Part shown: in pieces, positions 17,713 through 29,362 of the stretch
Layout of the letters: each line of letters begins with the position of its first letter
Numbering within the stretch: position 1 is the first letter of the stretch
From: a virus
IMG/VR virus record: IMGVR_UViG_3300045988_080512
Span: 1-31,481 of that record
Length of the DNA: 31,481 nt
Strand: one strand, 5' to 3'
The notes under the pieces: generated by a model
The model's input: the letters and a program-made list of their open reading frames with translations, nothing else
Database searches by the model: none
Told to the model about the DNA's origin: nothing
Made by a program: the position numbers and the translations under genes

Positions 17713-20481
17713 TTAGAATGAAGCATTAGATTCAGTAACTGCTACCTTAGTTTGAGCTGAAGTAATGTCAGATTCAACAACATAACACTTAACAGGTTCA
17801 TTTAAAAGGTCAGTTTCTTTATCTCCAAGTAAGTTTCGAGTATATTCAACAGGAGCTGTATTTAAAGCAGCTGGTGCTGCCACTGCTGCAGATGCTCCAC
17901 TCACTCCACTTGCACCTGATTCATCTACTTCTCAAATCTTTTTAACATTTGCAATACCTGCAACTACTGCGGCTGCAGCTGCAGCAATACCTAAAGCAGG
18001 ACCTACAATAGGAATTCCTGCCATAGCAGAGTATGCGCTATTTGCTGCTGAATAAGTGTCAATTAAAGCTTGTGCAGTAGCAAATCCTTTTCCAACTTTA
18101 CTCTCTTCTCCCCAAATACTCGCCATACTTCCTGCAATGCTTGAAGCTACAGATAAAGTTCCCTGTAAAGCTTGCTGTCTTGCTTTTTGAAGATTTTGAT
18201 AAGCCTGAGTATTTGCCTGTTCATTAGCTAATTGAGCATCTGATAAGGCCATATTATTCTCAGTAAGAGTTCTTTGAATTTCCTCTTTTTGTTCAGCAGT
18301 TAATTGTTCATTCATTAATTGCTGATTTAATAAGGCATTCTCTTGCTCTATTCTACCTTGAGTTAATGAGAGTAAGTTGTTATTGTATTCAATTTGAGCA
18401 TTGTATTGATTCTCTAAGTCCTCTCTACTCTGATATGTAAATTTATAACCAGTCCCTTCATAATCTCCAGCCAATCCAAATGCTTTCGATATACCTTGAG
18501 TATAAGTAGTCTGAAAGGTCTGCTCTCTTGGCTCTCTCAAATTACTTGTAGAAGATAAATCTCTAATCCTTTTTAATTCAGACTGTAGATCATTCCAAGC
18601 TTTATCTGCATCTTCCTTACGCTTAGCTTCTTCATCAGCTCTAGCTTTATCTCTAATCTTTTTAAGCTCTTCCTGATGCCAAGCTTCTACCTCTTCAATT
18701 CCCCTATTATACTTAATAGCTAATGCTAATAGTCTAATATATTCATCTTCAAGTTCATCTACTGGGTCTTTATCCTCTAATCTCTTTTGAAGCCATTCAT
18801 CAAATTCATTAATTACCTTCTTAGCTTCAGTAGTGTTCTTTGTAATAGTTGGAATATTAAAGAATCCACCATACTTTTTATTAATATCTGCTACATCCTC
18901 AAATAGCTTTCTAAGCCTTTTCTCAATGTCTTTATTTAAATCATCCAACTGTTTATAAGTATTCTCTTTATTTTGCTTTGTATACTCATAAATTGTATTT
19001 GAATAATCTTTTCAGAACATTGCTGTAGCTTTAAAAGCCTGCCAAGCAGATGCCTCTCCAAAGCTTGTATCAGAAATTTGATTCTCCAGTTCAGTACGTT
19101 TGTTTAAATACTCCTCATAAAGTTTAATTGCAGCCTGTTCAATAGCCTGAGCTTTTGCTCTTGCACTTAATGCTTCTACATAATTACCAGTATTATTTAC
19201 AAACGCATCTTCTGCAGTCTTTACATTAGTAATATTTAAACCAGTCTCTTTAATCTTATCTGAATATTGCTCTATAAACTTACGCTTAGCATCTGCAGAA
19301 TCTCCAACCCTTTCGTAAGCTATTTGTAACTCTCTAAAGATAGCTATAGATTTAGAAGCAATCTGATTAGTAGTATCTGTAATAGACTTTCTAAATTCAG
19401 CAGCCTCCTTTTCAGCTGATTTTATTGAGGATATATACTCTATTATCTTATTAATAGCTACTCCAATAGCTGTAGCTAATGCAATTCATACAGTTACATT
19501 ACCAATAGTTTTAAGTGCAGTTTTAACTTTACCTACTCCAGAAGCAGCTTGTTCTGAAGCTTCAGCCATTGCTTTCTGAGCCTCTGCTCCTTTTCGCAAA
19601 GTTGGAATGCCTTTTTCTACATTTTCCTTTAATTCATTAAGATCTACACCTAAACGTTTAGCAGCTTTCTGCATTCTCTCTGCTGGAGTTTCAGTCTCTT
19701 TTGCTGCTTCCTTTAAAAATTCAGCAACTGCAGTAAATGTAGGTTTTACTTCTTCAAAGGACTTTTTTGCAGTTTCTCCTAATTTACCTATAATCGGAAT
19801 CGTATTAGATACACTCTTATTAGTAGCAGATATTTCAGCAGGAGTGCCCATTACTCCTTGAATCATACCTCCTTTAAAATTAATATTGGTGCCTTCTAAA
19901 TCCTTGACTACTTTAGAGATATTACCTAATTCAGTTCCAACATTACCAACAGATGTGCCAATGCCATTAAGCTTAGATGCATCAATCTGATTAAGATTTT
20001 TGGCAGCATTATTCAACCCTGTATTAAATGGAGAGATAAAATCAGTTAATTTCTTAAACCAATTACCTAAAGTAGGCAATTCTTCTAATAAATCTTTTAT
20101 ACCTCCAATACCTTGTACTAATGCAATAGATGACTGTAACTTAACCATTACTTTAGTTAAATCTTCAGATTCTTTCCCAAATAAAGTAATGGCAGCTGTT
20201 GCAGCTCCATATCCACTGGCCAAACCAGTGGATATTTTAGCTACACTTTCAAACCTTTGAGCAGTAGTTCTTGAAGATCTTGCTATCTGCTCATTAATTT
20301 TATTGAATTCTGATTGTCTCTTACCAAGTAATGAAAGAGTTTCATTATATTCCTTAGTACCAATCTCTAAATCATTCAGCGAATTAGTTAATGCATCAAT
20401 ATCTTTCTTTAAAGAGTTTATTGACTTATTACTTGACTTAGTATCAATACTAATAACCTTTTTAATTTCTGTTTGTGCCAT
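17713..20481 (-). CDS. tape-measure-like protein (922 aa)
   Basis: Track ORFs 19486..20481, 17932..18948 and 17713..17904 share one frame. I checked that 18949-19485 has no TAA/TAG. The in-frame TGAs are at 19486, 19012 and 17932. Coiled-coil-rich, with Gly/Ala hydrophobic segments (GLASGYGAATAAITLFG; GIPIVGPALGIAAAAAAVVAGIANV). It could alternatively be an internal/ejection protein. Confidence 0.65.
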
Positions 20482-23400
20482 TAGATTGTAATATTTTTAA
20501 CAGTATCTTCTGTTAGTGTTAAATTCTCTGTATATTTAACTGTTCCTGTAGGTCCATCAGTCACTTCAAATTTAAACTGAACACCTTTTTGAGCATATAT
20601 TCTATAATTTCCATTATCCTGCATATAAGCCACATTCAAGAAGTTATCGTTTTCTGTAAGTATCTGATTTACTCCAGTTGGTATAGTGCCACTTGGAGTT
20701 TCTAATTTGCCTGTAATAAGAACAGCTTTATTTGGGTCTGGAGTTTGAGTAAACATACATTTAGGACCATCTACGCCTCCTTGTTTATAAAGACTAAAGT
20801 AGAAACTTCTTTGGTCATATTTAGTATTCTCATTATAAGTAACTGTTAATTCTGTTTCTCCAGGTTGCCCAGATTCAGGTGTAATGCTTACAATTTCATT
20901 TGGACTATATCCTCCTAATTCTCAAGGAATATTAGAAGTAACTGTAATCTTTTTAGTCCCAGCTTTATAATCTACAACTGGATCTGAATCATCAAATGAT
21001 ATATATTCACCTAGATTTTGAACTCCAGCTAAATAACTATTAATATCTTGAACTTTAATAAATTCACATCTAACTGTAGAATCTGAATTAATATCATAAG
21101 CATCAATCTTATTAAGTATCCAGTAAGAATCTTCAAAATAATAGAACTGTCTAAGTAAATCATACTTAACATCTAAATCATCTAATCTTACAAAGCAGGT
21201 AACTTTTTTAGTATTTACATCAAATTGATCATTATAAAATTCACTTCAGAATCTACTATAAATAGTACTTCCGATATTATAAGTTATATCATCAATATAA
21301 ATCTCTTGTGGTAATCCAAAATCTCAAGAAGCAGTAACATTAGAGGACGAAACGGTATACCTTGTAAATTGAGGTAATACAGTTCTCTTTATAGCAATTT
21401 TATTCCCCCTAATATCTTTCTCACTTTTAGTAGATATATAACACATTTCCTGATCATTTAATATGTTCATTTCTGTAAGATCATCTGTAATTCAATATGT
21501 TACTTCATTTCCTTTTACATCAGTTAAAGGAACATTACCGTTAAAGAATACTAGGGATTGAGAGATATCCTCTAAAGATTCCTCATTACCATCAATTGAG
21601 AAAAATACATTTTTGGCAAATATATCATTACCTGCGATTTTATATCATTCTGTGGTTTTAGAGGGATCTATAAAATTAGCTCCGTATAACTCTTGATCTA
21701 TAGTCTTAAGTTCAGTAGTGCTATTATTAAATAATGTATAGGTAATATTATCATTCATAAATGCAGGAACTACAAGGGAAGAAGAATTGCAAAAATTTCT
21801 AAAATATTTATTTCTCCATCTTGCAGAAACTATATTTTCATATATATTATCACTATACAGTTCAGTTGTTTCAGAATTAAAATTATAACCAGTATTTAAT
21901 CTTTGTTGACCATATAATATAGAATATTCCTTATTGTATTTTTTATAAAAATAAGTTTCTGGACCTTCAGAACTCATTCTATATCACTTCTTATCAAATA
22001 ATATTGGATTTACATTGAAATCTTTAGAATAATCTATTCTCTTACTCCAATCAGAGATTATATTCTTAAAGAAATTATTTCTAGTATATATTCTAATTGT
22101 TTTACTATCAATATCTTTTGTAAAATATAACCCAAATAGTTTTGCATAACTCAATAAGTAATCAGCAGGAGATTGTTCTGTTTTTAATAATAATTTTTTA
22201 GTTAATAATGCATTACTTTGAAGTACCTCTGTAGAAGTAGTAATTTCAATGGGAGAAGTAAGATCTACTATAAGATCTCCTTTTGGAATAGCTTGGTAAT
22301 CCTCTCCTCTTTCTATTACTTCACTTAATAATCCAGTAGGTCTAACACTATTTCCAGTAGATCATACAACATTAAGTTTAATTTTAATTTTATTAATTGG
22401 AATTTTAAAATTTGTAATATTAATAACAAAATCATTAGTTAATGAAGAAGTATCATAAAATACATTATTTTGAAAATACCCAAAATGATTAACCCCATTA
22501 GCTATAGGATTTGAGTAGGTTCCTGAATTTGTAAATCTATGTATTTCAGAAGTATAAATAGTATCATCTACTTCATTAGTAATTGTTAGCCAAACATCAG
22601 CGTATCCTCTATATGCTGAATAAAAAGGAGGAGCAGAGGAGCTAAAATACCTTCTAAATCCAAAAAAATATCTATCCCCAACATTTCCTGCAGTTCGATT
22701 AAACTTTAACTTAAAATAAAAAGTTGTAGAAAGGCTTTTTCTAAATCCAGCCTCACTTAAATCAATTATTCCAGAATCGTAAACAATATCAGGTGATGCA
22801 ATGGATAATTTTAAAGGACTTGATGTAGATTCTCCTTTATTTATACCTACCTGATAATTATATTTACTATCTTCTACTAAAAAGCCAGATTCTGTTACAT
22901 CTGCTTCGTCACTTACTAGATTAGATAATAAAGGTAAAGCTACAAAGGATTTACTTCAATACGGATTATTTCAATTAAAAAATGAAGGATCAAATACTAC
23001 ATCATATCCAGAATTCTCTTTTCTACAGATAGTTTCAATTAACTTACTCAATTTTAAAGCTGGCCTCTGCATATAACTTCTAAGATCTCTCATCTCCCAT
23101 TCTGTATATGCTCTATTTAATTTAGCTAATCCATACCCATTATAAGGTGTATATGTAACTCCTGAATCTGTCTTACTAGTAGGAAATATACTATTTTCAT
23201 TAGTATTTATTAAACAACTTTCATTATCAAAATCTTCATATAAACCATTATATGCTGGAATAAATGTCAAATAATCATATATTTGACTTCCTTCATTCGT
23301 TTTACTTCAGTCAAAACAAGTATTTACAAAATCTTTGTTAATATAAAAATTAAGTTCAGTATCAGCAGGAAGTGTATTTCCATCTTCATCAGTTACAAAG

Positions 23401-23837
23401 TATTGTAAATCAGCAAGAGTCCTAATAGTACCATCTTCTTTATATTTAAGACCATAAAAGAAATCTCCTAATCCTCCATATAAAGTAATATTATAAGTAA
23501 TAATAGCTTGTTTTATAGATATACTATTTAATTGCATATATCCAGATTCAACTAAATAGCCATTATTATAAATTCCAAAATCAACTCGTTTTGAAGGATC
23601 AAAATATACTCCAGAGAAATTACCTTCTTTTATATGGAGAAATCTATCTAATTTATAAATATCTCCAAAAATCTTATTATTATTTTTGGTACCAGGTATA
23701 GAAATCGTCTTACTAAACGAGTTCTTGACTATAGTGGGGTTTTGGAAATCCTCAACTGTATAAGTTATAGGAAGACTAATTCCCTCACTACAGTCAACCT
23801 CTTTATTTGCAATAAATAATTTAATATTCTTTCTCAT
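20481..23837 (-). CDS. very large tail/baseplate-like structural protein (1118 aa)
   Basis: Track ORFs 23307..23873, 22971..23270, 21645..21977 and 20481..20756 all share one frame. I translated every gap and found no TAA/TAG. There are ten in-frame TGAs: 23307, 22971, 22956, 22362, 21984, 21645, 21492, 21324, 21246, 20922. The start, MRKNIKLF at 23835-23837, is 1 nt after the upstream TAA. Its TAA overlaps the next ATG (TAATG). Confidence 0.7.
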
Positions 23838-23838
23838 T

Positions 23839-26019
23839 TTATTTTCTATATTTATCTTGAGAAGCTTCCACATTAATTGTATAATAGAACTTGTTTTTAC
23901 CTTGATTAGTATAAGTTTTATATTCGCAATTTGTATCAGTAATCAATACTGGAGTGATAGTATTATCTTTAAGATTATGCAAATATACTTTAGTACTCTC
24001 AATTAGATTAAACATCTTAGAAGCTTGAATATCATTTAAATAACCAGTATAAAGAACCCAGCTTGAAGTTATAGTATTCAAATACTTATTTCTTGCAAAC
24101 TCTTGTGATGTATTTAATACCTTACGAGTATATGTTTCAGATTTAATCTCATCATTCTTTTTAACATTACCCTCAACAAGTAATGAATCCCATCCTCCTG
24201 CTGAATTAGTATAATATAACACATAATCTTTACCTGTGGTATCTATATCATATCTAATCTGTCTATCACTAATATTTCCGTCTTCTACAAATCCTACTAT
24301 TAAATAGCTCCCACAAGGCCATAGTTTATTGCTTAAATCTTCTGTATATGTATATCCATTAATTCCAGAATTTAAACTAATATCCATAGCAGTTTGTGCT
24401 CCATCTACATAAAAAAATCTATTAACAACTCCCGTTCCAGTTGGTAAAATTCAACTTGCTACTAAATATTGTCTTGGATCAACTAAACCAGTAATAGGAT
24501 CACTTAACATAGTACCTTTAGTCAAATCTCTATCTTTATAACTCCAGTCATTGAAGAAAGTAATTGGTTTTTCATTTCCACTAGATGTCATCAAAGTAAA
24601 TGGTTTCAAATATTCTGGAGATATTATAGTTTTAGAAGTATTAAATATAATACCGTTAGATAGATAATTTTCAGCAACATTATTTAATAAAAACTCTACT
24701 CTATCAGTTTCTGGATATTTATAAGCCTTGCCAGCATATACCATATCCCCTGCATAATCTAAATGATATTCAATAAAATCTGAACTGGTTATCTCATTCC
24801 AAACATAATCTTTCCAAATTGGAGAAATATCAGACTTAACTGATTGGGTAATATTAATAGATAAATTAATAATACTTGAACTATTCTTTATAACAGATAC
24901 TCCAATGGTTGCTTTTCTTGAAGACAATCCTGAATTTTCCGCAATGTTCAAACTAATAGTTGCTACGCCTTGAGAATTTACAGATAACTTCTGTCCACTA
25001 ATCCAACCTACAGGAATGCTAAATACAACATCATCTAAGTTGTTTGAGCCTGTACCAGTTATATTTAATGTAGATGCAGTTCAACTTACTTCATAATTAG
25101 TATTAGGAATCATTAAAGATGTTGCAGCTTGTTTAATTGGAACTGTAGCTTCAAGATTATAACCTCCAGAAGTTGTTGCAGTAACCATTGCACTAAACTC
25201 CAAATTATTAGTAGTTTTATTCTCTGGAACAGTTAATACAAAGTAGTTATCAATAATATCCTTTTTAATATTACTAGCTTGAGGACAGGTAACATTAAAT
25301 GAAGTAATAGTTTCTTCTGTTTTAGTTGTACTTAAATGAAATTCTTCAGTAACAAAAGCAGCTGCTCCATAAGTTCCAGAAGAAGGAGTTACTACTAACT
25401 TTAAATCTTCAGGAGTATTACTCTTTTCAATCTTAAAGCCATAACTATAACTAATAAGTTTATTAGTATCATAATAAGCCCCTAATTGGATAGTTGCAGT
25501 TAAATCAGTATTTCATTGAGTATTAGCTCTTACTGTAACTTTAAACTTAATAGAGCAAGAATCTCAATCCAGAACTTCCATATTAACTAAAGCTGTAGCA
25601 TTAACAACTGCTGCATCTCATTTAATAATATCTGATCTATTTAATATATACTCTACTGTATATTCTCCACCAGTATTTGGTACTTTAATGGTTCCATTAG
25701 CAGGATAATATCCAGGAGCTTTACTATGTAAATTAATTGGTAAATCTTCCCCTAATAAAGCAGTAGTAATACCTCTAGGATAAAAATGAAATACAGTAGA
25801 AGAATCAGTAGTTATTGTTGTGGGAGATAAAAATTGTATTGTACATCCAGAAGTACTAGGCTCTTGTATAGTTACCTCTAAAGGCCCTTCTTCAGTATAA
25901 TCATCTCCCCAAGTCCAATAATCATATTCTCCAGTAATTCCCCATCCAGGATTATTCCATTTAACAGGAAAACTCCTTGATGCGTTATATATTCCTAATT
26001 TACTTGGTATAAATGTCAT
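23839..26019 (-). CDS. large tail-associated structural protein (726 aa)
   Basis: Track ORFs 25618..26019, 24451..24951 and 23839..24387 share one frame. The gaps contain no TAA/TAG. There are five in-frame TGAs: 25618, 25564, 25513, 25081, 24451. Function is inferred from size and position. Confidence 0.6.
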
Positions 26020-26021
26020 TT

Positions 26022-26510
26022 TTAAAAGTCTTTAAATAAATAATAATCTACTTGTCCTTGTAAGTCTTTAGTTATAGCATCATCAAGAAGTTCCATATAA
26101 TTGTTCTCTATATATTCTATAGTATTAGCAAGTGGATGTTTTCCTTGAGTTCCTTGAAGATGTATCTTTCTTCCAATTAAATATGCAAGTTGATCTACAG
26201 TAGGTAACTTGCCATTATAAGGTCTTGGAATTACTGGCTTAGTTTTAATCCAACTCTTTATATCAGATAATGGAGGAAATTTACCAGCAGCTCTGCCTTC
26301 TTCAACATATTCTCAATAATCTAATAAGCTAAAATTAACCTCATATTCTCCATCTTGAGTCTCAACTATATAGTTTAAACTATTACCTAATGCTCCAGTG
26401 TCATCAGATCTGGTTTTAACTAATTCCTGTCTATAAAGAGAAATTATAAGATCTCCTCACTTCCTTAATAGCTCACTTAAATTTGAGAACTTTAATTCTT
26501 GAATATTCAT
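26022..26510 (-). CDS. hypothetical virion protein (162 aa)
   Basis: ATG 26508-26510 to TAA 26022-26024 with TGAs at 26457 and 26313 (...SELLRK-W-GDLII..., ...FSLLDY-W-EYVEEGRAAGKFPPLSDIKSWIKTK...). Absent from the supplied track. Its stop is 2 nt from the next ATG. Confidence 0.55.
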
Positions 26511-26552
26511 TTTTGTTAAAATATATTATTTTATATATTAGTAGCTAATGAA

Positions 26553-26575
26553 AATAGGGAGGTTTACTCCCTATT
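26553..26575 (-). terminator. rho-independent terminator (usable on either strand)
   Basis: Perfect 9-bp stem AATAGGGAG / CTCCCTATT with a 5-nt loop and T-runs on both strands. It lies in the 264-nt non-coding gap between 26775 and 26510. Confidence 0.6.
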
Positions 26576-26580
26576 TTATA

Positions 26581-26630
26581 TGTAACTTTTTTATATTATC
26601 TTAGTACCAAATATGAGTAAAAAGGTTACA
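26581..26630 (+). repeat. 50-nt conserved hairpin element, copy A
   Basis: Plus-strand reading: TGTAACTTTTTTAT-ATTATCTTAGTACC-AAATATGAGTAAAAAGGTTACA. The outer 12 nt pair (TGTAACTTTTTT with AAAAAGGTTACA, one G-T wobble). It has the same flanks as copy B but on the opposite strand. Confidence 0.6.
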
Positions 26631-26774
26631 GTTAATGTTTTCTTTTTCATTCTTCAATCTGTCTATTTTCTTCATTAGCTTTATCTATAACATAGCATAT
26701 AAGATTCAGGAACTCTTTAATCTGCATATCATATATCTGATGTCAATTAAATCTGGTAACTTCACTTACCTTAT

Positions 26775-27416
26775 CTATTCAGATAATTCAGCTTCATTTT
26801 TGAGTAAAAGGATTAATCGTCTCGTCTGTATTAAGCTCTTCAGAAGTTTCCTCCTTTCCAGTTTGTCCCTTGTTTTCCTTAGTCTCTTCTTCATCTCCCT
26901 TTCCGAAGAGTGTAGGGTACTCAGCGTTGATACTTGCAATAAGTTTACAAAAAAAAACATTATGTCTGAAAATATATCTATTGTTAGATGAGTATTTAAG
27001 AATTCTGCCTCATCAATAGGGTCATAATCTTCTCCATACTTCTTTCCATTAGGTAGCAAGAAACAAGCTGCTAGATTAGGCATAAAATCATCATACTGCT
27101 TATAAAAATTCTGAAAGTCAATATATTGACTGGCCGTCATCTTATTAACATTAAAAAAGACTTTATATTCCTTATTGCCAATATTATAAGTAGTTTCTGG
27201 GGTTTTTGGCTTATATGGAGTCTCTATAAATTTAAGATTATTTATAAATTCCTGCAGCTTGTTTACTTCCATATTAGTTATATCTTCTATAGGTATATCA
27301 CTAAGTACGGATACCATAGCTAAATTCATATCTAATTCATTTTCCCAGTCTTTTCGTATTATCTCAAACAGTCTTTTATAATGAGATAAATCCATTTCAT
27401 TCCAATTCTTTATCAT
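26775..27416 (-). CDS. hypothetical protein (213 aa) downstream of terL
   Basis: ORF ending in TAG. Its ATG overlaps the terL TAA (TAATG at 27414-27418). No TGA. No family recognised. Confidence 0.55.
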   Translation of the reverse strand: MIKNWNEMDLSHYKRLFEIIRKDWENELDMNLAMVSVLSDIPIEDITNMEVNKLQEFINNLKFIETPYKPKTPETTYNIGNKEYKVFFNVNKMTASQYIDFQNFYKQYDDFMPNLAACFLLPNGKKYGEDYDPIDEAEFLNTHLTIDIFSDIMFFFVNLLQVSTLSTLHSSEREMKKRLRKTRDKLERRKLLKSLIQTRRLILLLKNEAELSE

Positions 27417-28699
27417 TATTTAATTGCAATATTATAAGTTCCTTTATTTGTATTTAAAGCATCATAAGCTAACATTAAAGATATACAAGTATCATCATTA
27501 AATCCAGATGGAGCATTATAACTAACATTTCCAGTCTTTGGATTATAACTGGCTTCATATAGTCTTAATTCATTTAATAGTTTATCATCCTTTAAAATAC
27601 CAATCTTTTCGTTTTCTAATGCCGCTTGTAGCTTATTTACAATAGCTGCCTTAGACTTATTAGTAGTTAAAAACTTAACTATCCGTAATTTAGGATTCCT
27701 TTTTACAAGAATATCATAAAACACTGAACCTATTGAGTTTTGTTCGACTTGAACTATCTTTATAAATCCCTGATACTCAGTAAATATATTTGTCAGTAAA
27801 TCAACTTGTTCTGTTGGAGTTTTGTCGTTAAAATACTTTATAAAGACCATCTGCCCATTTTCATTTAAAGCTGTAATACAAGTATAGTCTTTACCAGAAC
27901 CAGTAGCCCAGTCAACTCCAATATAGAGATTATGATATTCAGGTTTTTTATCAATTATACAGTTAGCTATATTATTAAATAGGCAACCATCATCATCTGC
28001 AAACTCTCCAAGATATTCAGTTCTAAATTTATTTTTGGAGGTTGTAAGGCGATACATTTCAAGTTTATCCTCACTTAACAGCATAGAAGTATCTTCTAAT
28101 GCTCAATCAAAGGATTGATAATATTTACTAAAATTACCATCAAAGCCTTTTTTAAAGCATTCATAAAAGAATCCTTCTCTAAACCTTGGAGTACTAATTA
28201 TAAGTATTGGAGCATTCCATACATCAGCGATAGGTGTTAAAATTTCGTATACTTCATCTGATATATAAGCTGCTTCGTCAATTACTAATATTCCACTAAC
28301 TGTAAATCCTCGTAATGAATCTTTTTGCTCAGCAGATTTAAATAGTATTTCACTCCCATTAGTAAATTCAATCTCAAGCAAAGATTCATTCTTTTTCTTA
28401 ATAATATCTGTGCCATCTAATGCCTTTACTAACTCTTTAAATATCTTTCTGGAGTTAGTAAGAGTTGGTTCAACAATACAGCTAATACTTCCAGGATAGT
28501 TAATTGAAAATCGTAATAGTTCATTTTCTGCCATAAAGGATTTACCACATTGTCTCTTTGCTTTTACAGTAAATATTTTTCCAGACCTATAAGAGTGCTC
28601 TAAAGCAGTATGTACCTTTAATTGATAGATAAATGGGCTATATCCTTTATATATTTTTGTCATTGTTAATTGGATCTCCAAATTTAAACTGGACTTCAT
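27416..28699 (-). CDS. terL: terminase large subunit
   Basis: Track ORFs 28103..28699 and 27416..28084 share a frame and are joined through TGA 28103 (...YYQSFD-W-ALEDTSMLLSEDK...). Walker A: KAKRQCGKS. Walker B: GILVIDEAAY. Nuclease acidic motifs: LYIGVDWATG and GFNDDTCISLMLA. An alternative start, MTKIY at 28661-28663, would give a shorter overlap with terS. Confidence 0.85.
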
Positions 28700-29096
28700 T
28701 ATTCTGAATAGCTACAATAGTCTCAGGTTGATTTAATCCAAACATACTATTTATAGTCTTAATAATCTCATTTGCAGCTCTAATATCTCCCTTACTAATA
28801 GCAGTATCCAGTAATGATTCCAATCTTGATAATTGTATATGTCTAAGATTTTTTATAAGGTTATCATTCTTTTCAGCAATTATCTTATAAGCTTCTCCAA
28901 TATATCTTGCAGCCGTTGATTGGCTTACATTATATTTACTTTGAAGTTCTTCACTTACTTTATTCCTTGACCATCCTTTGTTAAATAACCTTGCAGCATA
29001 AAGATATTTAGTCTTTACTTCGTCTATTTGTTCCTTTTCTACCTCTGCCTTTTTCGGTCTCCCTACTTTCTTCTTTATTTGCTCCTTCATCCTCAA
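28647..29096 (-). CDS. terS: terminase small subunit (putative)
   Basis: 149 aa, immediately upstream of and overlapping terL. Basic N-terminus (KKKVGRPKKAE) followed by an HTH-like segment (GWSRNKVSEELQSKYNVSQSTAARYIGEAY). The call is by position and architecture. Confidence 0.6.
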   Translation of the reverse strand: MRMKEQIKKKVGRPKKAEVEKEQIDEVKTKYLYAARLFNKGWSRNKVSEELQSKYNVSQSTAARYIGEAYKIIAEKNDNLIKNLRHIQLSRLESLLDTAISKGDIRAANEIIKTINSMFGLNQPETIVAIQNNEVQFKFGDPINNDKNI

Positions 29097-29340
29097 TAGT
29101 TTTTAGTTTTTCAACATATTCAAAGTAGTAAACTCCAAGTCTCTTTATAAGGTTAAGAACACAAGTTCCGCAGTTTATATTCATTTTATATGGCTGCTCT
29201 ATTAGTTCCTCATAAATAGCTCTCATCCTTTCAGTATCTTCTTTTTGGATGTTACGACAATAGTTAGCTCTAACAGCACATTTAAACCTATTATCGAATT
29301 TACTTAAATATTCATACTGTTCTTTTGTTAATTCTTTCAT
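29008..29340 (-). CDS. hypothetical Cys-containing protein (110 aa)
   Basis: ORF ending in TAA, with Cys pairs (FKCAVRANYC, NCGTCV). Its 3' end overlaps the terS ORF by about 89 nt in another frame, so one of the two boundaries is uncertain. Confidence 0.45.
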   Translation of the reverse strand: MKELTKEQYEYLSKFDNRFKCAVRANYCRNIQKEDTERMRAIYEELIEQPYKMNINCGTCVLNLIKRLGVYYFEYVEKLKTIEDEGANKEESRETEKGRGRKGTNRRSKD

Positions 29341-29362
29341 TTTTATTTAAAATATATTATTT

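Noticed and set aside
6962-26560. Recurrent TATATTTTA-like strings upstream of post-terminator starts (near 6990, 14190 and 26525) as late promoters.
   Set aside because: They lack the terminal G of TAnnTTTG. Such A/T strings are expected by chance in sequence this AT-rich, and this cannot be supported without a genome-wide motif test.
17653-26630. The two 50-nt elements might be the ends of an invertible DNA segment (Gin/Cin-like switch).
   Set aside because: No recombinase or invertase gene is present in the window. Inversion would turn an 8.9-kb essential tail module against the direction of its operon. It is kept only as a low-probability option within the finding.
26635-26991. Plus-strand 118-aa ORF, and a possible 31-aa minus-strand ORF at 26632..26727 (MQIKEFLNLICYVIDKANEENRQIEEWKRKH with TGA read as W).
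   Set aside because: The plus ORF is low-complexity and half of it is antisense to 26775..27416. The small minus ORF is plausible, but nothing beyond its being open supports it, so it is not reported as a feature.
2816-27323. Plus-strand track ORFs 2816..3013, 10573..10761, 13219..13485, 13489..13758, 16374..16583, 16601..16888, 16635..16862, 19607..19861, 20000..20260, 20303..20491 and 27126..27323.
   Set aside because: All lie entirely antisense to long minus-strand genes with recognisable products. Their translations are low-complexity (Ser/Phe/Leu/Ile-rich). They are shadow ORFs.
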